In this document: piece after piece, positions 13,336 through 26,394 of the stretch
Layout: every line of letters starts with the position of its first letter
How positions within the stretch are numbered: position 1 is the first letter of the stretch
Source of the DNA: Octopus vulgaris
Taxonomy: Eukaryota
Assembly: GCA_951406725.2 (NCBI GenBank)
Contig: OX597842.1
Span: forward strand, 15,934,001-15,998,000
Reading direction: 5' to 3'
DNA length: 64,000 nt
Notes under the pieces: model-generated
The model's database searches: none
What the model was told of the DNA's origin: nothing
The model's input: only the letters and a program-made list of their open reading frames with translations
Made by a program: the position numbers and the translations under genes

Positions 13336-15056
13336 CTGGAAATTAAAATTGTGTTAAAAACATTTATGGTAAGAAAGAGAATAAGATAATGAAGAAGTAG
13401 ATAATGATGATGATGATGATGAAGAAGGAGCAGAAAAAGAAGAAGGAGAAGAAGAAAATAAAGAACAAGAATAAGTAAAAGAAGAAGGGGAGGAGGAGGA
13501 AGAGGCGAGGGAGAAGAATAATAATAAGAAGAAGAAAAAGAAGAGAATGAAGGAGAAGAGGAGCAACAAGTAGGAGATACTTCCAGAGAAGGAAACAAAC
13601 ACTAGTTGAGCGAAGTCCCTAAATGGAAAAAAATGCATGAAAGACACCATCCAAGTACCTCCCCACAACACATACACACAACTATCTACTATAACACCAA
13701 CATTACCAACGCCACCAGTATCGCTGCCAGCACCACCCGCCATACAAATATCCCCTTCGAAATCACCTTCGTAAATGTCCCTGCAATCCACATATTGAAG
13801 CCCTAATGAAATACATACATAAGACTACCAACATCACACCAATAGATCACAGCACCTAACGCTTCACCTCAAATACAAATACTCAGCATAACTAACAACC
13901 CCTTAATTTCTTGAAACAAAATCTACCCCTTTGCGCTGGGAAATTTCCAAAGAACAATAACCAAAAGTTTTTACAAAACCTGATCGTGGAAACTCCTACA
14001 ACCACCGAGAAGGGTGAGAGAAACCATTCAACCTCGCCGCATCCCAAAATTAAGTTGTGCATCATTTTGTTTCTCTCATCATTGTTGTTCAAGCAAGGCA
14101 GTTTAAACGTGCGTGGACAGGGATCAGTTTTCAAGTAAGGACGCTTTCTAAACGACCTCAGGTCACTGGATTTGGACGGTGTAGTCATTAGTGAAGCCAG
14201 ACTGACCGGACCACAAGTTTTTTCTCTCCCCTCTATGGAGGATATGAGATGTAACGTTTCAGTGCCACCCGAGACAAGGCGATGAAACTGCAATTTGGTT
14301 CCAGAAAGGTCTAGATCTAGAGATCAGTGTAGTCTTTGCGGACCGAGACGGCAATCTCGTCGTCCTTGATGTGAATGGTACTGATGGTGATGCTTTCAGA
14401 CTGGTCGCTGTCTATGCACCAACAAATGTTGGACAGTCAGATTATTTCAGGCGTCCGGAAGCTTTTTGGGAATGTTGCGTAGTTTAGTATTAGTAGGTGA
14501 TTTCACAGAATCCTAAGATGCACGAATGGATTGTGAGGGGTCAAATGATAGAATTGGAAACAAATGCCTCACAAACCTGCTCAGACGTTTCCAGCTGTCT
14601 GAGAGGTATCGCGCTCCCTTCAGAGTTACTGACGCACCCCCTGCCCCAGGAGATGCGCTCCTAGGTGAAGAAGCACTGATCTCGAGGTAAACAACGTACA
14701 TGATATAGACACTGAATTACACACTAATTTTTATACACTCCCATTCACGCATCCATACACCGAGACAGGTATTTATATATAAACACAGGTATGCATTAAA
14801 TATGCCTCGTGAAGTGTCACACTGATATATATATATACCAACTGTCAGAAATGCTACCACACTCACAGTCACAATCATTCGCATATATCTCCTATCTTAA
14901 AAGTGGATCCAGACTCACATTCACAAACATCCCAAACCAATAAAATGCATGTATAGAGAGACGGATGTAGACCTTAAATTGAAGTATGGGAAGACATTAC
15001 GCATTTAGGAAGATGTCTTCAGTGAAATAGTATAAAAGAAGATTGATTCAACTTAC

Positions 15057-15128
15057 AGATTTTCTAAACTGGAGAGATTTTGGAAAGTGTTTTCGTTGAT
15101 TGCTTGGATATCGTTATAACTCAAATCC
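15057..15128 (-). CDS. LRR exon, type B
   Basis: 72 bp, intact splice sites. Confidence 0.9.
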
Positions 15129-16915
15129 CTGGTGAATAAAATTAAATCAAGAAGAACATTTATAGTAAGAAAAAGAAAAGGATGATGGAGAAGGAGTAGA
15201 TATTGATGATGATGAAGAAGAAGAAGAAGAAGGAGAAGAAGAAAAAAAGAAGAAAGAGAAGAAGAAGAAGAAAAAGAAAAAGGAGAAGAAAAAGAAGTAC
15301 AAGGAGAAGAAGAAGAAGAAGAAGAAGAAGAAGAAGAAGAGGGAGGCGGAAGCGAGGGAGAAGTAGAAGAAGAAGAAAAAGAAGAAGAAGAAGAAAAAGA
15401 AGAGAATGAAGGAGAAGAGGAGCAACAAGTAGGAGATACTTCCAGAGAAGGAAACAAACACTAGTTGAGCGAAGTCCCTAATTGGAAAAAAATGCATGAA
15501 GGACACCATCCAAGCACCTCCCCACAACACATACACACAACTATCTACTACAACACCAACATTACCAACACCACCAGTACCGCTGCCAGCAGCACCCGCC
15601 ATACAAATATCCCCTTCGAAATCACCTTCGTAAATTTCCCTGCAATCCACATATTGAAGCCCTAATGAAATACATACATAAGACTACCACCATCACACCA
15701 AAAGATCACAGCACCTAACGCTTCACCTCAAATACAAATACTCAGCATAACTAACAACCCCTTAATTTCTTGAAACAAAATCTACCCCTTTGCGCTGGGA
15801 AATTTCCAAAGAACAATAACCAAAAGTTTTACAAAACCTGATCGTGGAAACTCCTACAACCACCGAGAAGGGTGAGAGAAACCATTCAACCTCGCCGCAT
15901 CCCAAAATTAAGTTGTGCATCATTTTGTTTCTCTCATCATTGTTGTTCAAGCAAGGCAGTTTAAACGTGCGTGGACAGGGATCAGTTTTCAGGTAAGGAC
16001 GCTTTCTAAACGACCTCAGGTCACTGGATTTGGACGGTGTAGTCATTAGTGAAGCCAGACTGACCTGACCACAAGTTTTTTCTCTCCCCTCTATGGAGGA
16101 TATGAGATGTAACGTTTCAGTGCCACCCGAGACAAGGCGATGAAACTGCAATTTGGTTCCAGAAAGGTCTAGATCTAGAGATCAGTGTAGTCTTTGCGGA
16201 CCCAGACGGCAATCTCGTCGTCCTTGATGTGAATGGTACTGATGGTGATGCTTTCAGACTGGTCGCTGTCTATGCACCAACAAATGTTGGACAGTCAGAT
16301 TATTTCAGGCGTCCGGAAGCTTTTTTGGGAATGTTGCGTAGTTTAGTATTAGTAGGTGATTTCACAGAATCCTAAGATGCACGAATGGATTGTGAGGGGT
16401 CAAATGATAGAATTGGAAACAAATGCCTCACAAACCTGCTCAGACGTTTCCAGCAGTCTGAGAGGTATCGCGCTCCCTTCAGAGTTACTGACGCACCCCC
16501 TGCCCCAGGGGATGCGCTCCTAGGTGAAGAAGCACTGATCTCGAGGTAAACAACGTACGTGATATAGACACTGAATTACACACTAATTTTTATACACTCC
16601 CATTCACGCATCCATACACCGAGACAGGTATTTATATATAAACACAGGTATGCATTAAATATGCCTCGTGAAGTGTCACACTGATATATATATATACCAA
16701 CTGTCAGAAATGCTACCACACTCACAGTCACAATCATTCGCATATATCTCCTATCTTAAAAGTGGATCCAGACTCACATTCACAAACATCCAAAACCAAT
16801 AAAATGCATGTATAGAGAGACGGATGTAGACCTTAAATTGAAGTATGGGAAGACTTTACGCATTTAGGAAGATATCTTCGGTGAAATAGTATAAAAGAAG
16901 ATTGATTCAACTTAT

Positions 16916-16987
16916 AGATTTTCTAAACTGGAGAGATTTTGGAAAGTGTTTTCGTTGATTGCTTGGATATCGTTATAACTCAAATCC
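16916..16987 (-). pseudogene. LRR exon type B with inactivated splice donor (GT>AT)
   Basis: Plus strand reads caacttaT at 16915 versus caacttaC in all other copies. Confidence 0.75.
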
Positions 16988-18786
16988 CTGGTGAATAAAA
17001 TTAAATCAAGAAGAACATTTATAGTAAGAAAAAGAAAAGGATGATGGAGAAGGAGTAGATATTGATGATGATGAAGAAGAAGAAGAAGAAGGAGAAGAAG
17101 AAGAAGAAGAAAGAGAAGAAGAAGAAGAAAAAGAAAAAGGAGAAGTAAAAGAAGTACAAGGAGAAGAAGAAGAAGAAGAAGAAGAAGAAGAAGAAGAAGA
17201 AGAAGAAGAAGAAGAAGGGAGGCGGAAGCGAGGGAGAAGTAGAAGAAGTAGAAGAAGAAGAAGAAGAAAAAGAAGAGAATGAAGGAGAAGAGGAGCAACA
17301 AGTAGGAGATACTTCCAGAGAAGGAAACAAACACTAGTTGAGCGAAGTCCCTAATTGGAAAAAAATGCATGAAGGACACCATCCAAGCACCTCCCCACAA
17401 CACATACACACAACTATCTACTATAACACCAACATTACCAACACCACCAGTACCGCTGCCAGCAGCACCCGCCATACAAATATCCCCTTCGAAATCACCT
17501 TCGTAAATTTCCCTGCAATCCACATATTGAAGCCCTAATGAAATACATACATAAGACTACCACCATCACACCAAAAGATCACAGCACCTAACGCTTCACC
17601 TCAAATACAAATACTCAGCATAACTAACAACCCCTTAATTTCTTGAAACAAAATCTACCCCTTTGCGCTGGGAAATTTCCAAAGAACAATAACCAAAAGT
17701 TTTACAAAACCTGATCGTGGAAACTCCTACAACCACCGAGAAGGGTGAGAGAAACCATTCAACCTCGCCGCATCCCAAAATTAAGTTGTGCATCATTTTG
17801 TTTCTCTCATCATTGTTGTTCAAGCAAGGCAGTTTAAACGTGCGTGGACAGGGATCAGTTTTCAAGTAAGGACGCTTTCTAAACGACCTCAGGTCACTGG
17901 ATTTGGACGGTGTAGTCATTAGTGAAGCCAGACTGACCGGACCACAAGTTTTTTCTCCCCTCTATGGAGGATATGAGATGTAACGTTTCAGTGCCACCCG
18001 AGACAAGGCGATGAAACTGCAATTTGGTTCCAGAAAGGTCTAGATCTAGAGATCAGTGTAGTCTTTGCGGACCCAGACGGCAATCTCGTCGTCCTTGATG
18101 TGAATGGTACTGATGGTGATGCTTTCAGACTGGTCGCTGTCTATGCACCAACAAATGTTGGACAGTCAGATTATTTCAGGCGTCCGGAAGCTTTTTTGGG
18201 AATGTTGCGTAGTTTAGTATTAGTAGGTGATTTCACAGAATCCTAAGATGCACGAATGGATTGTGAGGGGTCAAATGATAGAATTGGAAACAAATGACTC
18301 ACAAACCTGCTCAGACGTTTCCAGCAGTCTGAGAGGTATCGCGCTCCCTTCAGAGTTACTGACGCACCCTCTGCCCCAGCGGATGCGCTCCTAGGTGAAG
18401 AAGCACTGATCTCGAGGTAAACAACGTACATGATATAGACACTGAATTACACACTAATTTTTATACACTCCCATTCACGCATCCATACACCGAGACAGGT
18501 ATTTATATATAAACACAGGTATGCATTAAATATGCCTCGTGAAGTGTCACACTGATATATATATATACCAACTGTCAGAAATGCTACCACACTCACAGTC
18601 ACAATCATTCGCATATATCTCCTATCTTAAAAGTGGATCCAGACTCACATTCACAAACATCCCAAACCAATAAAATGCATGTATAGAGAGACGGATGTAG
18701 ACCTTAAATTGAAGTATGGGAAGACATTACGCATTTAGGAAGATGTCTTCAGTGAAATAGTATAAAAGAAGATTGATTCAACTTAC

Positions 18787-18858
18787 AGATTTTCTAAACT
18801 GGAGAGATTTTGGAAAGTGTTTTCGTTGATTGCTTGGATATCGTTATAACTCAAATCC
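18787..18858 (-). CDS. LRR exon, type B (first LRR exon in transcript order)
   Basis: 72 bp, intact splice sites. Confidence 0.9.
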
Positions 18859-20774
18859 CTGGTGAATAAAATTAAATCAAGAAGAACATTTATAGTAAGA
18901 AAAAGAAAAGGATGATGGAGAAGGAGTAGATATTGATGATGATGAAGAAGAAGAAGAAGGAGAAGAAGAAAAAGAAGAAAGAGAAGAAGAAGAAGAAAAA
19001 GAAAAAAGAGAAGAAAAAGAAGTACAAGGAGAAGAAGAAGAAGAAGAAGAAGAAGAAGAAGAATAAGAAGAAGAGGGAGGCGGAAGCGAGGGAGAAGTAG
19101 AAGAAGTAGAAGAAGAAGAAGAAGAAAAAGAAGAGAATGAAGGAGAAGAGGAGCAACAAGTAGGAGATACTTCCAGAGAAGGAAACAAACACTAGTTGAG
19201 CGAAGTCCCTAATTGGAAAAAAATGCATGAAGGACACCATCCAAGCACCTCCCCACAACACATACACACAACTATCTACTATAACACCAACATTACCAAC
19301 ACCACCAGTACCGCTGCCAGCAGCACCCGCCATACAAATATCCCCTTCGAAATCACCTTCGTAAATTTCCCTGCAATCCACATATTGAAGCCCTAATGAA
19401 ATACATACATAAGACTACCACCATCACACCAAAAGATCACAGCACCTAACGCTTCACCTCAAATACAAATACTCAGCATAACTAACAACCCCTTAATTTC
19501 TTGAAACAAAATCTACCCCTTTGCGCTGGGAAATTTCCAAAGAACAATAACCAAAAGTTTTACAAAACCTGATCGTGGAAACTCCTACAACCACCGAGAA
19601 GGGTGAGAGAAACCATTCAACCTCGCCGCATCCCAAAATTAAGTTGTGCATCATTTTGTTTCTCTCATCATTGTTGTTCAAGCAAGGCAGTTTAAACGTG
19701 CGTGGACAGGGATCAGTTTTCAAGTAAGGACGCTTTCTAAACGACCTCAGGTCACTGGATTTGGACGGTGTAGTCATTAGTGAAGCCAGACTGACCGGAC
19801 CACAAGTTTTCTCTCCCCTCTATGGAGGATATGAGATTTAACGTTTCAGTGGCACACGAGACAAAGCGATGAAACTGCAATTTGGTTCCAGAAAGGTCTA
19901 GATCTAGAGATCAGTGTAGTCTTTGCGGACCCAGACGGCAATCTCGTCGTCCTTGATGTGAATGGTACTGATGGTGATGCTTTCAGACTGGTCGCTGTCT
20001 ATGCACCAACAAATGTTGGACAGTCAGATTATTTCAGGCGTCCGGAAGCTTTTTTGGGAATGTTGCGTAGTTTAGTATTAGTAGGTGATTTCACAGAATC
20101 CTAAGATGCACGAATGGATTGTGAGGGGTCAAATGATAGAATTGGAAACAAATGCCTCACAAACCTGCTCAGACGTGTAGTCGGTGTAGTCATTAGTGAA
20201 GCCAGACTGACCGGACAACAAGTTTTTTCTCGCCCCTCTATGGAGGATATGAGATGTAACGTTTCAGTGCCACCCGAGACAAGGCGATGAAACTGCAATT
20301 TGGTTTCAGAAAGGTCTAGATCTAGAGATCAGTGTAGTCTTTGCGGAACCATACGGCAATCTCGTCGTCCTTGATGTGAATGGTACTGATGGTGATGCTT
20401 TCAAACTGGTCGCTGTCTATGCACCAACAAATGTTGGACAGTCAGATTATTTCAGGCGTCCGGAAGCTTCTTTGGGAATGTTGCGTAGTTTAGTATTAGT
20501 AGGCGATTTCACAGAATCCTAAGATGCACGAATGGATTGTGAGGGGTCAAATGATAGAAGTGGAAACAAATGCCTCACAAATCTGCTCAGACGTTTCCAG
20601 CTGTCTGACGGTTATCGCGCTCCCTTCAGAGTTACTGACGCACCCCCTGCCCCAGGGGAATCGCTCCTAGGTGAAGAAGCACTGATCTCGAGGTAAACAA
20701 CGTACATGATATAGACACTGAATTACACACTAATTTTTATACACTCCCATTCACTCATCCATACACTGAGACAT

Positions 20775-20830
20775 ATATGATTCAACTTCCTGGAGAATAA
20801 AATTGTGTTAAGAACATTTATGGTAAGAAA
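20775..20830 (-). other. Empty cassette: LRR exon deleted, flanks fused
   Basis: gattcaactt joined directly to cctggagaataaaattgtgtt. Confidence 0.85.
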
Positions 20831-22779
20831 AAGAAAAAGATGATGGAGAAGAAGTAGATAATGATGATGATGAAGAAGAAGAAGAAGAAGAAGAAGAAGA
20901 AGAAGAAGAAGACGACGAAGAAGAAGAAAAAGAAGAAAAAGAAGAAGGAGAAGAAGGAGGAGGAGGCGAGGGAGAAGAAGAAGAAGAAGAAGAGGAAGAT
21001 AAAGAACAAGAAGAAGGGAAAGAGGGAGAAGAGGAGAAACAAGTAGGAGATACTTCCAGAGAAGGAAACAAACACTAGTTGAGCGAAGTCCCTAAATGGA
21101 AAAACTGCCCTAAAGACACCATCCAAGCACCTCCTCACGACACATACACACAACTATCTTCTATAACACCAACATTACGAACACCACCAATACCGCTGCC
21201 AGCACCACCCGCCATACAAATATCCCCTTCGAAATCACCTTCGTAAATTTCCCTGCAATCCACATATTGAAGCCCTAATGAAATACATACAAAAAACTAC
21301 CAACATCACACCAAAAGATCACAGCACCTAACGCTTCACCTCAAATATAAATACTCAGCATAGCTAACAACGCCTTAATTTCTTGAAAAGAAATCTACCC
21401 CTTGGCGCTGGGAAATTTCCAAAGAACAATAACCAAAGTTTTATACAAAACCTGATCGTGGAAACTCCTACAACCACCGAGAAGGGTGAGAGAAACCATT
21501 CACCCTCGCAGCAGCCCCAAAACTAAGTTGTGCATCATTTTGTTTTCCCATTTCTCTCATCATTGTTTTGCTCAAGCAAGGCAGTTTAAACGTGCGTGGA
21601 CAGGGATCATGTTTCAAGTAAGGACGCTTTCTAAACAACCTCGGGTCACTGGATTTGGACGGTGTAGTCATTAGTGAAGCCAAACTGACCGGACCACAAG
21701 TTTTTTCTCGCAGCTCTTTGGAGGATACGAGATCTAACGATTCAGTGGCACCCGAGACAAGGCGAGGGAACTGCAAGTTGGTTCCAGATTTTTCTTGTGT
21801 GTCCAAACATGTATAATTTATGTTAAATATTTAAATCTACAAAAGGGAACCTGCTTTAAGGGGGTGGGTTCCAGGAATATACATATCGCCCTTTGGGGAA
21901 GAATTTCTATCCTCTTTTGTGTACTGTGAGTTTGATTTATAGCACTAATTTTTTTTATTCTTCTAAACGTTACCTCTCGCCCTGGAAAAGGAAACACCCC
22001 ATCCCCCCCAAAGTAAAATTAGGAAAAATATTTCTTCCACTTCTGCAATGCGAACAAGAGGTAACATGTAAAAAGTATCGGCAAATGAAATCACGACGGA
22101 GAATATTTCGAACGTCACTACAGTCAGTAAATCACTTGATACTAGCGAGATAAAGAAACAAATTCGACAGTCACGGTTTCTCTTCCGTACCAAAACTCTA
22201 CCAAGAAACGCTCAACATAAATATGGATGATTTTTAAAATATCAAATATCCAATCAAAAGAAAAGGAACAAATTTCACATTGACCCCCGCCCTCGGTTAT
22301 ATCACACAACCCACTTCATGTAGAGCTGTCACCTACAAAAAGCTAATTTCAAATGACGAAGTCCACAGGGACTCTACAGACAGTAGTTCTCCTGCCGACC
22401 AACTTCGGTCGGCGAGTTCCAACGATAAAAATTGAGGAGGTTCCTCCAGAATTTCACATCTTTTGGGAAATAGCATCCGCGTTACTCGACATCAAAGAAG
22501 ATAAAAAAGATAAATAAACGAAATACACCAACAGAATTGGTGGGCAGCAGGAAGGGAAGATTTTGATATATATGGCCAAAACGCAGCATGGACTTCACGG
22601 AATTCCTTGCTGGCCTTCCACGACTCTTGGCGATAAAAGCCACAGAAGTATGGGATAACTTTGCTGGCTGCACGGTGTGCAAGTCGTCGGTTGTGGATAG
22701 TATTTCGTATGAAAGTTATTATAGTATGCATGCCAGACCTGTTTGAATGCATTTTGGCAGATATCTAGGGCAACTGGTA

Positions 22780-24290
22780 CCGGAATAGGAAAATTCCTAA
22801 CGCTGTGAGCCTAGGTTTGTGGTACTGCTAAAAGAAGACCCAAACAAGGAGGTTGTAATTAATAACTTTAGACCCGTCACTCTGCTAAATGCAGATTTAA
22901 AGATGCTCACTCTTCTCTCTACTTTATGTATTGAGTCTGGAACCATTACTGCAGAAACTGGAGGCCTTGAGGAGCATGTCGTATGAACTAGGGTGCAGGA
23001 GATCTGTCTCGTCATATGCGGATGATGTCACCATCATAGTTTTGAATGACAACCACTTGCACTTTTTTGTTTATGTCGGAAAAGAATAGGTGGTGATAGG
23101 AACAGAAGTAAACCCAGAATTGTCGGTCGGCCTGCAAACTTGGCACCTGGAGAGGCAGATTGATGACGTCTAGCTACGTCGTCTGACGATTGACGAACGG
23201 CTCAGTGAAATTTGCTCGGCGTCTGATTCGGTCCGAACGTCCAGGTAGAGAAGAACTGGGACGATGTAGCGGACAGGGTAGCCAATAACACCCAGAAATG
23301 GACTGAAAAAAAGATCTCGCTGAAAGGACGGGCAGAAGTGTCGAATATATACATCGCATCCGTCATCTTCTACCTCCTGGCCGTCGTTCCGTGCCTTAAT
23401 TCGTGCCTGAACAAACTGGAACAGTTACTTTTGCGCTTACTGTGGAAGGAACCCGGCCCGCTGGCCAGGCGCTCTATCTACTGCCAACAGTCACTGAATG
23501 GAGGGCTGGGAATGCCGTGGCTAAAGATGCGCAGACATGTGCTGAGGCTGCGACATCTCCAGCTTTACCTTGAAGATGAGTAGATGTAGTCACCCTTTCT
23601 CAGACTCGCTTTCCCACAGGTCGTCTCTTTCGACGAGCAGAACCCATGGATCAGTGGAGGCTCCACCTTGGCTTTCTATGGACATTTAGTAGCTAATATG
23701 TGCGATGTTATTCTCAGGGAGACTGCGTCGACGATAATAACTCGTTAGTCTGTTCTGGAGGATTTTCATGGATAACAACCATAAATTCCTGGCCTGACGG
23801 TGCTACCGGAGGGCACTACTAGTTGATATAAACTACACAGGCACAAAAGTCGGACCAGCCCCTGATGCAAACCAAGTGTTGAGACTTTTCTACACGCGCT
23901 CGTCCAGTGCCTAAAATTATCTGAATTCTGGTTCATGTTGAATACCGTTTTCCTTTAACCGGGAAAGGCGGGCAGTTTTTCTCTGTCTAGTGGATATCGC
24001 ACTGGAAGGATGGGTAAACATTGCATGAATAAATGAGTCTGACTCGAGCATAAATATCTAGGCATTTGGTCCTAATTATGAGGTTGTTTCGTGGCTTGTG
24101 GGGTTTCCACGACCAACTCAGGAAACCTCCACCTTTTGGGGAATTACTGTTGCTGAATATTTCTACATAATTTTTTTTTATCTTTTACTATTGTTAATTT
24201 TTTTGTACACGACTTTCATGTATGTCCCCACCCGTATGTCCTGTACTGTTCCTCTATGTTGAGCTCTCAATGGCTAAGAACAAACGAATT
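22780..24290 (+). mobile_element. Degenerate Tx1/L1-like LINE reverse transcriptase region
   Basis: NNFRPVTLLNADLKMLT, SYADDVTI, ISLKGRAEVSNIYIASVIFY..LWK..GGLGMP. Confidence 0.8.
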
Positions 24291-24299
24291 TCTTGCAGA

Positions 24300-26270
24300 A
24301 CGGACTTGCTAATTTACGGTCGTGAGGTTTTAATTTTCACTTTCACAAACTTTGTGAATATTTTGGACCTTTTAAGTCTTTAAAACTGAACCTACTTGAC
24401 AGGGGAAGTTTCTTTGACCGTATAAATTCGCCGTTTTGGGGGCGAACCTCAATCTGGATTTCAATCGTGTATTGATTTAACTTTAAAACACAAACATGGC
24501 CTCCGGCTACGCAGAAAGCAACGACCTCCACCCACCAAATTTGGCAGTACGAAGGAATGTTTCCCACTCTTCCTTGTCACAAACAAGAAGAAATTAAAAT
24601 TTTGCAAATAAAAACACGAGCAACACCACATAGACAAGTTTCCAATGCCACCGCTACCACCACCAGTAACAGAATTGAACCCAGCGAAGAAAATAAGCAA
24701 AATAAATGCAACAGTCGCAGTTTCGCCGCTGTCGTGAAAGTCAATCAAGAGACAATATAAACGTTGGCAATTTACAGAAATATAAATGATCAATACAAAG
24801 AACCGGTAGAAATGTCTTATTACCCCCCCCCCCCCCCGTTGATATTATAGAAAAACCAGTTCGCAAACCTTAGTCCTACAAGACTCTAACGATGAAAATA
24901 ACTGAACAGGCTACAAAGGAAAAAGTTGGAAAATGTTTGCAACCAGTCTAGAACAAGATCGCATACATGGCAAGGGGAAGAACATATGACCCTATCGAAG
25001 TGAGGTCCACCACGGAAGACGAAGCAAGGCAATACCCCACAGTACCTCTAAAGACCGAGGAACAAGTGCTCTTACCGACTTACCTTGGTCGGTGATTTTA
25101 CAAAATAAAAATTGGTTAATTACCCCCAGAATTCGACATTTTTGGTTAGTGGCGTCCGTCCTAATTGACAATGAAGTTAAAGTTGAGATTCTTCAAATAC
25201 ACAAGTTACACTATCATAATTGGTGGGGTCAAGGATCTTAGCTGTTAATTCAAGCGGACTATCAAACGCTCGGAATAATACCAGATCTCATCCACTTACC
25301 GGAAGGCGCAAAGCTGGATTTATCGGCGGAGGGTCGTAAACCAATTTGCTATCTCTGCGGCAGAGGGACCACCCCAGAACCTTTTTCCCGGAGGGATCAG
25401 ATGGGAAACTTATCCTTCCACCAAAAGCATTATCACAGCAACACCAACAGTAGCAGAGGTAAACTACAGTAGAAGCAACACCACCTCCACCCAAAACAAC
25501 AACGTCAACACAATGTATAGAAAATACAAAAAAAATAATAGAAGAGAAAACAACAACGAAAAACAAACCAGAAAGAGCAACAGTAACCGCAACAGCAACA
25601 TCACCAATGGGAAGAATAGCAAACACAGCAAAAGCAACAGGACTGGCTGTGGAAAACACAGCAGAAACCACAACAACGGAACAAAAGAAAAATCAACAAC
25701 AAAAAAATCTCAAAAATAAATCCTAAAAGGAACACCAAGAGAGACCGACCCAAGAGAGTTATCCCTTCTCGAGTTTGATTTGGAAATATGCAAAAACATA
25801 AAAACGGACAGAGTGGAAAGAAGTTCCACAAAGAAAGAAGACGAAAGATGGACACTACCACAGCACCTCTTCACAACAGAGACACTATCACACAACCTCT
25901 ACCCATAACACCCACATTACCAACTCCACCAATACCACTCCCAGCATCACACACAGAACAGAAACCAACATTAGAAAGCATAATGAACCTTACTGAAATA
26001 AACACAAAAAATACACATACAATAACACAGCGACGACATTACCGCAAGAAATGTTCTTTGTGCACCACCCAAAGGACCACTACACATAAAGATCCTCAGC
26101 GTTTCAAATAACACGTTCATTGACATACAAGAAAGGTATCCCAATGCGGTGGGCAAATTTCAGAAAACTATAAGTAAAACTCTTCACATAAATCTGACCG
26201 TGAAAGAAGCCACAACCAGCCTGAGGAGTGAGAAAACCACTCACCCTCCCTTCAGCCAAAACAGTAAGTA
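24300..26270 (+). mobile_element. Degenerate LINE ORF1-like region (Tx1-like family)
   Basis: SFAAVVK, LLPTYLGR, NWWGQG, PICYLCG knuckle; 3' part resembles the ORF1 end inside the array units. Confidence 0.55.
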
Positions 26271-26394
26271 GTTTTCGTTTTTGGGCGGGGTATAAATGTT
26301 GCAAGAAGACCTCGAATGAATGGTTCTGACTTGAACATAATTGCTGACAGTAGAATTGAGCATTGATTGTTGCATTAGGTGGTAACAATTCAAA

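Larger units (their letters stand above)
7284..21790. repeat. Tandem array of eight units (MITE end + intron + 72-bp LRR exon + GAA tract + Tx1-like LINE fragment); seven are 1.8-2.3 kb, the eighth is shorter
   Basis: Unit starts at about 7284, 9087, 10944, 12816, 14609, 16468, 18339, 20615; near-identical sequence; repeated ORFs in the track. Confidence 0.97.

Noticed and set aside
7735-19381. Repeated MDCRE/DIYEG..., MFPSLEVSP..., MSEVP... and MQFHRLV... ORFs as a tandem gene family
   Set aside because: Antisense or off-frame readings of LINE relics and GAA tracts, with frames that shift between copies; only the terminal 72-bp LRR segments have splice signals and protein-like sequence
7284-21790. 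CRISPR-like or satellite interpretation of the array
   Set aside because: Units are ~1.85 kb eukaryotic intron-exon duplicates; no short repeat-spacer pattern and no cas genes
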